Shown here one piece after another: positions 54,780 through 63,013 of a DNA stretch of 64,000 nucleotides. The stretch is from Patescibacteria group bacterium. Lineage in GTDB: Bacteria; Patescibacteriota; Patescibacteriia; 2-01-FULL-39-33. Location of the stretch: contig JBAZKF010000001.1 of NCBI GenBank assembly GCA_041650895.1, forward strand, positions 145,685 to 209,684. Reading direction: 5' to 3'. The position numbers were made by a program, and so were the translations under genes. How positions within the stretch are numbered: the stretch's first letter is position 1; every line of letters begins with the position of its first letter. The notes below the pieces were generated by a model. The model saw nothing but the letters and a program-made list of their open reading frames with translations, searched no databases and was not told the origin of the DNA.

Positions 54780-55514
54780 TTATAGTTTGCCGAATTTAAT
54801 CATGGCTCTGAATTGAACCGGGCTGACGGCAGAATCGACGGCATTGCGTTTGAGCAACCATCGGTCGCTCTTAGGTCTGACAACGCCCTTAGCCACAGTC
54901 AAAGCCGCCTTAAAGCCGCTAGCTTTCAGTAACCCAATGATTTGCTGGTTATAGCGACCATAGGGATAGGCAAAATAAGACACCGGTTTGCAATATTCCC
55001 GTTCAATGAAGGCTTTGGACTCGATAATTTCCTGCCTAGCCTCAGTCAAACTGATTTTAGTCAGCTTGGCATGGCTGACGGTGTGGGGTTCAAAATCAAT
55101 CAAACCGGAAGCGGCCATCTCCGAAACCTGATCCTTGTCCAACAATGGCAGATCAATAGACGGCAAACCGGTCGCTAAAAAAATCGTAGCGGGAAAATTA
55201 TATTTTTTCAATAAAGGAAAAGCTATGGAATAATTGTCTGTATAACCGTCATCAAAAGTAATGGCGACTGTCCGAGGTGGAATTTTACCTGCCGTAAGAT
55301 AGTCCAATAATGCAGACAAAGAAACAATATTATATCGCTGTTGTTTCAGATAAGCCAACTGAGCTGAAAAATCCTGGGACTCAACGGTGAAAAATCTGCC
55401 ATTATCGCCTACGGAATGATACATCAAAATAACTGCGCGATTAGGCAGGGCGGGGAGAAAGGCCAGTAAGCTAGATAAAATATTTTTTAAAAAAAACTTA
55501 ATTCTCTTCGCCAT
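54780..55514 (-). CDS. Polysaccharide deacetylase (NodB homology domain)
   Basis: 244 aa. AITFDDGYTDNY (TFDD), FPATIFLATG, EPHTVSHAKL (HxxxH), YFAYPYGRYN. Confidence 0.85.
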   Translation of the reverse strand: MAKRIKFFLKNILSSLLAFLPALPNRAVILMYHSVGDNGRFFTVESQDFSAQLAYLKQQRYNIVSLSALLDYLTAGKIPPRTVAITFDDGYTDNYSIAFPLLKKYNFPATIFLATGLPSIDLPLLDKDQVSEMAASGLIDFEPHTVSHAKLTKISLTEARQEIIESKAFIEREYCKPVSYFAYPYGRYNQQIIGLLKASGFKAALTVAKGVVRPKSDRWLLKRNAVDSAVSPVQFRAMIKFGKL

Positions 55515-56589
55515 AGGCTTTTTTGATATTAACGACTAAATTTTTAATACTATAAGAAGCTACGACAATGCGACGCAACTCAACAGCCATAACCTGCTTC
55601 TCGGATGAATCCAATTCAGACAATTTCTTTATTTTGACCGCCAATTCCCGACTGTCAGCTTTTTCCAATAATAACAAATCTTGGTAGTCGCCCAGGATCA
55701 CGGAAAAAGTTTGATTATAAACTACGGCCGGCACGCCACAGGCCAACGATTCCAAAACCACTTTGTCCAATCCCCCGGTGGGGCACAAGTTAATGCTTAA
55801 ATCGGCTTGCTGATAATAATAAGGCAGGTCCTTATTGGGGATATTGCCTATCCAATCAATATAATCTTCCAGTCGGCGTTTTTTTATTTCCTCTTTCAAT
55901 AAGGCAGCGTATCTCAAACCATCAAGATTCGGCGGTGAGCCGATAAAAGACAAGGTGATATTTTTTATTCCTAATTCATGCACCAAAATATCAACAGCTT
56001 TAATCAATAATAATTGATTTTTTATTTCGCTGATCCGGCCGACGCTGACGATTTGTAATTTATCCTGTCGAGCCGTCGCCCAATCTTTAAGACAGAATTT
56101 ATCAATATCAATGCCATGGCCGACGATTTTCACTTTGGCACTAGCAAGCCGGAAACTTTCGGGCGAGGCGGTAAAAATAATATCAGCCAACAATTCAGCT
56201 AATCTTAATTTAAAATTAACCGCTTTATGCGCATACCAGAGGCCGATAATTTTGCCCTGCAAACGCCAGATCAAACCAGCCAGAATGACATAAACAACAT
56301 TCATGTGAACAAAAACAGCATCATAATCATGGCGAACCAACCATAAATATTTATAAAAACGCCACAAGTAACGCCAACGCGACGGCCTGTCTTCCTTGCC
56401 CAAAGATAAAACCCTGACATTGGCAGGCAAATCATACTTACCTTTATATAGGCAGATAACAGTCACTTGAGAAAAATTATTGGCAAACTCTTTAAGCCAA
56501 TCATGAAAAAATCCCAACAGACCGTCGGCGTCATCCACTTTCTGAGTCAAGATTAATAATTTCAATTTTTTATTTTTTGGCAATGGCAT
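55498..56589 (-). CDS. Glycosyltransferase family 4
   Basis: 363 aa. GT-B C-terminal half with GRISEIKNQ, GGLDKVVLESLACGVPAVV. Confidence 0.8.
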   Translation of the reverse strand: MPLPKNKKLKLLILTQKVDDADGLLGFFHDWLKEFANNFSQVTVICLYKGKYDLPANVRVLSLGKEDRPSRWRYLWRFYKYLWLVRHDYDAVFVHMNVVYVILAGLIWRLQGKIIGLWYAHKAVNFKLRLAELLADIIFTASPESFRLASAKVKIVGHGIDIDKFCLKDWATARQDKLQIVSVGRISEIKNQLLLIKAVDILVHELGIKNITLSFIGSPPNLDGLRYAALLKEEIKKRRLEDYIDWIGNIPNKDLPYYYQQADLSINLCPTGGLDKVVLESLACGVPAVVYNQTFSVILGDYQDLLLLEKADSRELAVKIKKLSELDSSEKQVMAVELRRIVVASYSIKNLVVNIKKAYGEEN

Positions 56590-57172
56590 ATAAATTCAAA
56601 CCTAATTCGAAGCTGCCGCCGGTGATTTTATCGGCCGCAAAGCCGGTGGCGGAAAACTGTTTAAATAATTCCTGTCGACTATAGAACTGCTGATGCTCAC
56701 CGATCTCATCCGGTGAAACTATTTTAAACGCGGCCAATAACGACAGCAGACCCTTAGTTTTTCCCCAGGGAGTCGTCACTATAAGCAACCCGCCGGGAAC
56801 AAGCGCTCGATAAGATTGAGCCAGAATATTTAAAGCCGCGGTTTCATCCAAATGTTCCAAAACTGCCAGCATGGTTACAACATTAAAACAACTGGGACTG
56901 ACCGGCAAATTATCGCCGGTTTTGAATTCGTATTTTTTTAAGCTAACTCCGTCGATCATTCCTTCGCTGACCGATTTATCCAATCCGACTTTGGCCGAAA
57001 ACTTAACCTGCGCCAAAAAATAAGGATAAGAACCGCAGCCGATATCAAGAATAGCTCCCGACCTTAAATCAGCAGGAATCAACCTGTCAACTTTATTAGC
57101 CCGACGCCGGGCCAAGTATTTCTCTAAGACGCCATACCCCCTGGTAGGAGCGGCGGAACCGGTTATTTCCAT
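56570..57172 (-). CDS. Class I SAM-dependent methyltransferase
   Basis: 200 aa. ILDIGCGSYPY, FNVVTMLAVLEHL, LVPGGLLIVTTP. Confidence 0.8.
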   Translation of the reverse strand: MEITGSAAPTRGYGVLEKYLARRRANKVDRLIPADLRSGAILDIGCGSYPYFLAQVKFSAKVGLDKSVSEGMIDGVSLKKYEFKTGDNLPVSPSCFNVVTMLAVLEHLDETAALNILAQSYRALVPGGLLIVTTPWGKTKGLLSLLAAFKIVSPDEIGEHQQFYSRQELFKQFSATGFAADKITGGSFELGLNLYAIAKK

Positions 57173-57858
57173 AAGTTAAACTTAATAATATACCAAATCG
57201 CCGCCAAACCATCTTTCCAGCTTATTTTCTTGCCCTCTTCATAAGTGCGGCCGGCATAAGAAATACCGACTTCATAAATCCGGAATTTACCCCTGGCTAT
57301 CAGGGCGGTAATCTCCGGTTCAACGCCGAATCGATTGGCAGTCAGGCGAGTTTTCAGATAATCAATAACCGGACGATTGAACGCCTTATAGCAAGTCTCC
57401 ATATCTGTTAAGGTCAAATTACTCATAATATTGGAAAAAATAGTCAAAAAAGTATTACCCAGATAATGCCAAAAAAAGAAAACACGGTGAGGTTTGCTGG
57501 TAATGAAACGAGAACCATAAACAACATCAGCCTTGCCGTCAATTATCGGCCCCAATATTTCCTGGTACTCTTGCGGATTGTATTCTAAGTCAGCGTCTTG
57601 AATAATCAATAGATCGCCGGTTGCCACATTAAGGCCACGTTTGATGGCCGAGCCTTTGCCCTCGTTCTTATCCTTTAGAATTACGACGCATTTATCCCGC
57701 GGGCTTGAAATAATATCTCTAGTGCCGTCGGTGGAACCATCATCAATAATAATAATTTCCTTCTCTACGCCGGCAAGCGGCGCTGCCTCCACCTGGCGCA
57801 GTAGTTCCAAGATAGTTTTATGTTCATTATAGACTGGTATGATAACTGACAATTTCAT
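57163..57858 (-). CDS. Glycosyltransferase family 2, polyprenyl-phosphate sugar synthase-like (231 aa, paralogue of 49069..49764)
   Basis: LSVIIPVYNEHKTI, IIIDDGSTDGT, NEGKGSAIKRG, IQDADLEYNP, and C-terminal EEGKKISWKDGLAAIWYIIKF. Confidence 0.85.
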   Translation of the reverse strand: MKLSVIIPVYNEHKTILELLRQVEAAPLAGVEKEIIIIDDGSTDGTRDIISSPRDKCVVILKDKNEGKGSAIKRGLNVATGDLLIIQDADLEYNPQEYQEILGPIIDGKADVVYGSRFITSKPHRVFFFWHYLGNTFLTIFSNIMSNLTLTDMETCYKAFNRPVIDYLKTRLTANRFGVEPEITALIARGKFRIYEVGISYAGRTYEEGKKISWKDGLAAIWYIIKFNLWK

Positions 57859-57873
57859 AAAAATAATTAATAT

Positions 57874-59346
57874 TTAATCGCGTTTAGTATTGATGTCCGG
57901 AGATTTAGGCAAGAAAAAAGAGACTAAAGCCATAAAACCATCAAACAAAATTTTTATATCGTCTAATGATCTAATGCTAAAAATCTTCTTAAGGATGAAT
58001 TTCGGACGAAAATAAAAACTGCGATACATGATTTTATATAAATTCTTTATTTCTTCCGCTGAAAGATTCTCCAATCTCATAACCGGCTTAGCCAAATTAA
58101 AATCATCCCAATTTTCGCTCAACAACAAATCACGTTCCTTGGCCCAATTAAACATGGCCGTGCCGGGAAACGGCGTAGTAATATTGACGATCAGCAAATC
58201 GGGATTTATTTTCTTAACAAAACGGATGTTCTTTTCAATCACTTGGCGACTGTCGCCGGGATTGCCGACCATGAAAGCCAGACGGCATTCTATCCCCGCC
58301 TGCTTAGTCCATTTGACGGCATTGATCACTTGCGGCAAATTGATTTTTTTATTGATATTCTTCAATACGGCCTCATCAACATTTTCCACCCCATACATGA
58401 TCTGATGACAACCGGCGTCTGACATTTTCCGCAACATGGCCTCGTCAACATAATCAACTCGGGCAAAACACGTCCAAGACAAATCCATTTTATTTTTTAT
58501 CAGCAGATCGCACAAGTCAATGACGTTCTGACGAAAAACAGTAAAAGTATCATCATAAAACATGATCTGCCTGATACCGTAATTATCGGCCAAGTATTTT
58601 ATCTCGGCAAAAATCCCGGTGGCCGACTTAAAGATCATCTGATCACCCAAGGTTTTATTGCAGAAAGTGCAACGCCCCGGACAACCTCGGCTAGTCATTA
58701 AACTCATGGCCGGCAACTTCTTATACGAGCCCTTAGCCGGCCGATATTTATCAATCGGCAATAAATCATAAGCCGGCAAAGGCAGATCATCCAAATTGGC
58801 AATCCGCCGACGCGGCGCGTTACGGATTATTTGTTTTTCGCCATTCAATTCTTTCTTATAAACCACGCCGTCAATCTCTTCAATCTTCTTGCCGGATAAT
58901 ATTTCTCCCAAAGTAATCTCCCCTTCGCCGATAACCACCGCATCAACAAATGGTTGATTAATAACCTCATCAGTAACAAAGGTTGCATGAACGCCACCGA
59001 AAATAATCAAAGCATTAGGATAATATAATCGGCAAATTTCCGCCGCCTGATAAGCCTTTTTAATTTGTCCGGTGGTGGCAGTAAAGCCGATCACTCTAAT
59101 ATCCCTGTGATGATCAACAAAATTTTCCTTTAGATAATCGCCGAAGGCCTGGACCGAGGGGCAGGAAACTTCACAATCAATTATCTCTACACTTTGATCC
59201 TGTTGACGGACATAGCCGGCAATGGAAGCCAGCCCCAAAGGAGGGAAATTTGAGTTAATCTCACGCCAAATATTATTCTCATCGCCATAATAATCAGGCG
59301 GAGCGATCAACAAACAATCCAAATTTTTTTGATTATCTTGCGACAT
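57874..59346 (-). CDS. B12-binding-domain radical SAM enzyme (class B), paralogue rS9
   Basis: 490 aa. IFGGVHATFVT...VIGEGEITL, SRGCPGRCTFC, C-terminal MYRSFYFRPKFILKKI. Confidence 0.9.
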   Translation of the reverse strand: MSQDNQKNLDCLLIAPPDYYGDENNIWREINSNFPPLGLASIAGYVRQQDQSVEIIDCEVSCPSVQAFGDYLKENFVDHHRDIRVIGFTATTGQIKKAYQAAEICRLYYPNALIIFGGVHATFVTDEVINQPFVDAVVIGEGEITLGEILSGKKIEEIDGVVYKKELNGEKQIIRNAPRRRIANLDDLPLPAYDLLPIDKYRPAKGSYKKLPAMSLMTSRGCPGRCTFCNKTLGDQMIFKSATGIFAEIKYLADNYGIRQIMFYDDTFTVFRQNVIDLCDLLIKNKMDLSWTCFARVDYVDEAMLRKMSDAGCHQIMYGVENVDEAVLKNINKKINLPQVINAVKWTKQAGIECRLAFMVGNPGDSRQVIEKNIRFVKKINPDLLIVNITTPFPGTAMFNWAKERDLLLSENWDDFNLAKPVMRLENLSAEEIKNLYKIMYRSFYFRPKFILKKIFSIRSLDDIKILFDGFMALVSFFLPKSPDINTKRD

Positions 59347-59351
59347 AGCTT

Positions 59352-61559
59352 TTAAAGGAATCGACTAAAAAACGCTCTGAATCCGTCACTGGTCAACAAC
59401 CATAAATAGTCAACCAAAACAATAACGATAACGACCGCAACCCGACTCGGCCAGCGGTAAAAATATTTTCTTAACCCGTTAACGGCCAACAAGGTTAATA
59501 GCAAAGCCAGGACAAAATACAAACGAGATGACACACCGGTCCAAAGCAAAAACATAAACGACGGCAGAATCAGGCACTTAACCAGGAACCTCTGATCGGC
59601 GGTAAACTCCCGCCATTTAATCAATCCTAACGGCACCAAAAGCCAAGCAGCCAGATAAACGCCGACGATACTCTTAACAACAAAAAACGGCTGATATTCG
59701 GAACCGCTGGGAGCGCTAATGCCCAGTTTATACCAATCCAAATATGAATAATGATAAATGAAATAAACCACGATTTGCCAAGCGATTAAGGGCAAGCCGA
59801 CCGCTAAGGTTGATAAAAATAATTTTTTGAGTTTTTCGGCTCGAGGCAGTTGCGGATGGAAACATATCACCAGATACAGGAAAGCCATACCCAAACTGCT
59901 ATATTCTTTCCATAACATGCCAACAACAACCATCAACGAAGTTAAAAATAAATTAAAGTTGTTAGGCCGTTTATAAAATCTAATGACGCCGATAGCGGCC
60001 AAAACCCAGAATAATTGGGCGCCCGACTCGGTAAACAAATCCAAGCCATACTTAAGTAACGGATAGGAAGAAATATAAATCAACGCTCCCAGAAGCGCCA
60101 TTCCTCTATTTTTAAAAAACAAATAAAATAAAACGTAAACGGCTAAAGCCAAAAAAACATAAAATATAATCGCCTCTATCTCAAAAGCTAACGATAGATT
60201 GCCACCGGTTAAAAACGACAGTCCGGCAATACCCATAGGCCCCAACGGTTTTAAAATTCTGGAAGGAAAACTCTCCGCCATTTGTCCCATAAACAGCTTA
60301 GCCGTTTCCATATACTGATAAGCATCGCCGTTAATGCTAAAACCGACAAAATTGAGCCGAATAAACACGTTCAACGCTACCGCGGTTAAGATTAAAAGAA
60401 TCGGCCAAAAATGATTATTGGTCGACTTGGTCGGCCGGCACTTTTTGTCTATGGCTGTTTGCCAGCTTTTCAGATAAAGCGCCAAATTTTCCTCTCGGCC
60501 GGGCAAAATGTTAATCGCCGATTCGGCCGACTGGCTGAGTTGCCGGCGCAAGCCAATATTCTGAATAATCTTTTTCATGGCGTCAGCTAATTTTTCTTCG
60601 TCGCCAACGGGCGTGATTAATGCGCTGACTCCGTCTTTCAACACCTCACCGGCGCAACCGACATCAGTCATCACTACCGCCAAACCGCAACTGGCGGCTT
60701 CTATTATCACCATCCCCCAACCCTCATAATCAGAACTCAAAACATAACTATCGGCTGAGTTGTAATAATCATAAATATTGTCAGTCCAACCGATCAAAAA
60801 GATTTTATCCTCCAAGCCGGATTCTTTTATTTGTTGGGCGAGTTTGTCTTTTTCCGGACCGCGACCGACTATAAGCAAAACCGCCTCCGGCAATTGCCGG
60901 GCAACCGTGGCGAAAGCTCTGATCAGCAACGGCAGATTTTTCTGTTTTACCAATCGAGCCATAGTCAAAAAAACAGTTTTGCCGACTAAGCGGCCGAAAA
61001 TCTCCGGCTTAGTTTCGCTGAATTGCTTCTCGGGCTTAACATAGACAGGAACAACAACAATTTTATCTTCGGCTATATGCAAATCATTAACCAAAGTATC
61101 CTTTATCCGCTCACTGACTGCGCGCACGCTGTCGGCTCGCTTAATCAGCCAGCGCCCCAGATAATAACGGCAAAAGTTAATAGGATTTTCATTGCGCCAA
61201 TAAGTCGCGCTAAAAAAATCGCCATGTTCCTGAATATTCAAAGCGCTCTTGAATTTCCTAGCCAGCAATAATCCCATCAGCGACAATTCAAAAGGATCTT
61301 GAACCGTTATGACATCATAATTATTCTGGCGGAACAGTTTTTTCGCTAACCGATACATATTGAATAGTGCCGCTAATCGGTTGCCGCCACCCGTGCCGTA
61401 AGCCGTTACTTTTTCTGATAATTTAATTTCTTGCGCTGGCGTAGCGGGCACGATAATATCATAAGCGTCCGTCATAACGCCATACTCAATCAAACGCCGA
61501 GTTACGGGTGATGAGGAAACGAATACGCCTTTATCGGTGCCTAAGTTTAATACTTTCAT
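59352..61559 (-). CDS. Fusion protein: N-terminal GT4 glycosyltransferase + C-terminal polytopic membrane (GT-C-like) domain
   Basis: 735 aa. Residues 1 to about 370 are GT-B (KQKNLPLLIRAF...SDYEGWGMVIIEAASCGLAVVMTDVG). Residues from about 385 onward are about 11 TM helices, starting at NHFWPILLILTAVALNVFIRL...INGDAYQYMETAKL. Confidence 0.8.
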   Translation of the reverse strand: MKVLNLGTDKGVFVSSSPVTRRLIEYGVMTDAYDIIVPATPAQEIKLSEKVTAYGTGGGNRLAALFNMYRLAKKLFRQNNYDVITVQDPFELSLMGLLLARKFKSALNIQEHGDFFSATYWRNENPINFCRYYLGRWLIKRADSVRAVSERIKDTLVNDLHIAEDKIVVVPVYVKPEKQFSETKPEIFGRLVGKTVFLTMARLVKQKNLPLLIRAFATVARQLPEAVLLIVGRGPEKDKLAQQIKESGLEDKIFLIGWTDNIYDYYNSADSYVLSSDYEGWGMVIIEAASCGLAVVMTDVGCAGEVLKDGVSALITPVGDEEKLADAMKKIIQNIGLRRQLSQSAESAINILPGREENLALYLKSWQTAIDKKCRPTKSTNNHFWPILLILTAVALNVFIRLNFVGFSINGDAYQYMETAKLFMGQMAESFPSRILKPLGPMGIAGLSFLTGGNLSLAFEIEAIIFYVFLALAVYVLFYLFFKNRGMALLGALIYISSYPLLKYGLDLFTESGAQLFWVLAAIGVIRFYKRPNNFNLFLTSLMVVVGMLWKEYSSLGMAFLYLVICFHPQLPRAEKLKKLFLSTLAVGLPLIAWQIVVYFIYHYSYLDWYKLGISAPSGSEYQPFFVVKSIVGVYLAAWLLVPLGLIKWREFTADQRFLVKCLILPSFMFLLWTGVSSRLYFVLALLLTLLAVNGLRKYFYRWPSRVAVVIVIVLVDYLWLLTSDGFRAFFSRFL

Positions 61560-61567
61560 CTCAATAA

Positions 61568-63013
61568 TTATTTAGTAATAAATTTCTTGGCCAATTTAAA
61601 TTCCACCGGCCAGAAAAAAAATTTCAATTTCCAACGCAGTTTACATAAACAAATAAAACAGAATTTGAGTAATTTATTGGAAGAGACAGTTGAATTCATC
61701 GCGCTCTTGAATGACAAGGCGCCGAATCTGACATAGGCCTCCATTGATTCCACAAAGTCCTTGTCCTTAACCCAAGGAAAATTCTCTACTGACATGTAGC
61801 TCAACTCGTTCTCTGAAACCTTTTTCCATTCCTCAAGCGACTGCGGTTCCCGCCAGCCGGCCTTGACGCATTCCTCATATAACTCTGATCCGGGGTAGGG
61901 GCGAAACGCTTGAGGGCCCAAAATCTGGACCTCGTCGCTTAAGGCGATTAAGCGATCAATCAACCTCAGGGTTTCCTGCATATCACTCCGCGACTCGCCA
62001 GGCAAACCAATCATGAATGAATACTGAGGTATGATGCCATGCTTGAGGCAGGCCTTAGCGGAAGCGACTATGTCATCGGCGGTAACGTCTTTTTTGATCA
62101 TTTTTAAGATACGGCTACTGCCGGATTCGGCGCCGAAAGACAACAAATAACAGCCGGACTGCTTTAACTTGGCTAAAAGTTCATCATCCACCATCCCCGG
62201 CTTAAGGTAATCGGCGCGAATAGTGGTTTCCCAAGGCAAAACCAGATCTTCCCTAATCATGCCGTCAATGATCGCCTTAGCGCGGCTGATATCCACAAAA
62301 AAGTTCTCGTCCCAAAAACGCAATTTCTTGCCCTGGAAATACTCCTTGGCCTTAATTATCCGTAAATCCTCAAGCACCTGCTCGGTCGTCCGAGCGCGCC
62401 AATGATTTTTCAAAATCGCATTAATGCAAAAAGTACAACGATGCGGACAACCGCGCGAAGTTAGAGAAGGAATCAAATATAGATGCTCTCTGATTTCCTG
62501 AGGCACTAAATCCCAATTAAATAACGGCATGGCTTGGGGTTGATGCAGGGGTTGCGGCTGATTGACAATAACTCTCCCGTCAGCGCAATAAGCGAGGCCT
62601 TTGATTTCTGCCAGGGATCGGCCTCGCGCCAACTGCAACATGGTTTCTTCGCCTTCGCCGATAACTACTATATCAATCAGCGGATTTTTGGCTGTCTGCT
62701 CAATAAAAAAAGTCGGATGCGATCCGCCCCAAACAATTTGGGCGGCGGGATTGATTCTTCTGGCCAACTCGGAGATTTTCAAGGCATTGGAGATCTGCAT
62801 GGTCATAACTGAAACACCGATCAAATCAAAATCCTTAATCGCTTGCTCCAATAAGCTCAAATAATCCTTCTGCCTGACGCCGTCTATCATCTTGACCTCC
62901 ACTCCTTGACTATCTAAGTAGGTGGCAATACTCAACAAACCGACAGAAATAGAGCTGTCGTAATTATCTTTAACTATATTAAATTCGGGATTGATCAGTA
63001 AAACTTTTTTCAT
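61568..63013 (-). CDS. B12-binding-domain radical SAM enzyme (class B), paralogue rS10
   Basis: 481 aa. VWGGSHPTFFI...VIGEGEETM and SRGCPHRCTFC. Confidence 0.9.
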   Translation of the reverse strand: MKKVLLINPEFNIVKDNYDSSISVGLLSIATYLDSQGVEVKMIDGVRQKDYLSLLEQAIKDFDLIGVSVMTMQISNALKISELARRINPAAQIVWGGSHPTFFIEQTAKNPLIDIVVIGEGEETMLQLARGRSLAEIKGLAYCADGRVIVNQPQPLHQPQAMPLFNWDLVPQEIREHLYLIPSLTSRGCPHRCTFCINAILKNHWRARTTEQVLEDLRIIKAKEYFQGKKLRFWDENFFVDISRAKAIIDGMIREDLVLPWETTIRADYLKPGMVDDELLAKLKQSGCYLLSFGAESGSSRILKMIKKDVTADDIVASAKACLKHGIIPQYSFMIGLPGESRSDMQETLRLIDRLIALSDEVQILGPQAFRPYPGSELYEECVKAGWREPQSLEEWKKVSENELSYMSVENFPWVKDKDFVESMEAYVRFGALSFKSAMNSTVSSNKLLKFCFICLCKLRWKLKFFFWPVEFKLAKKFITK

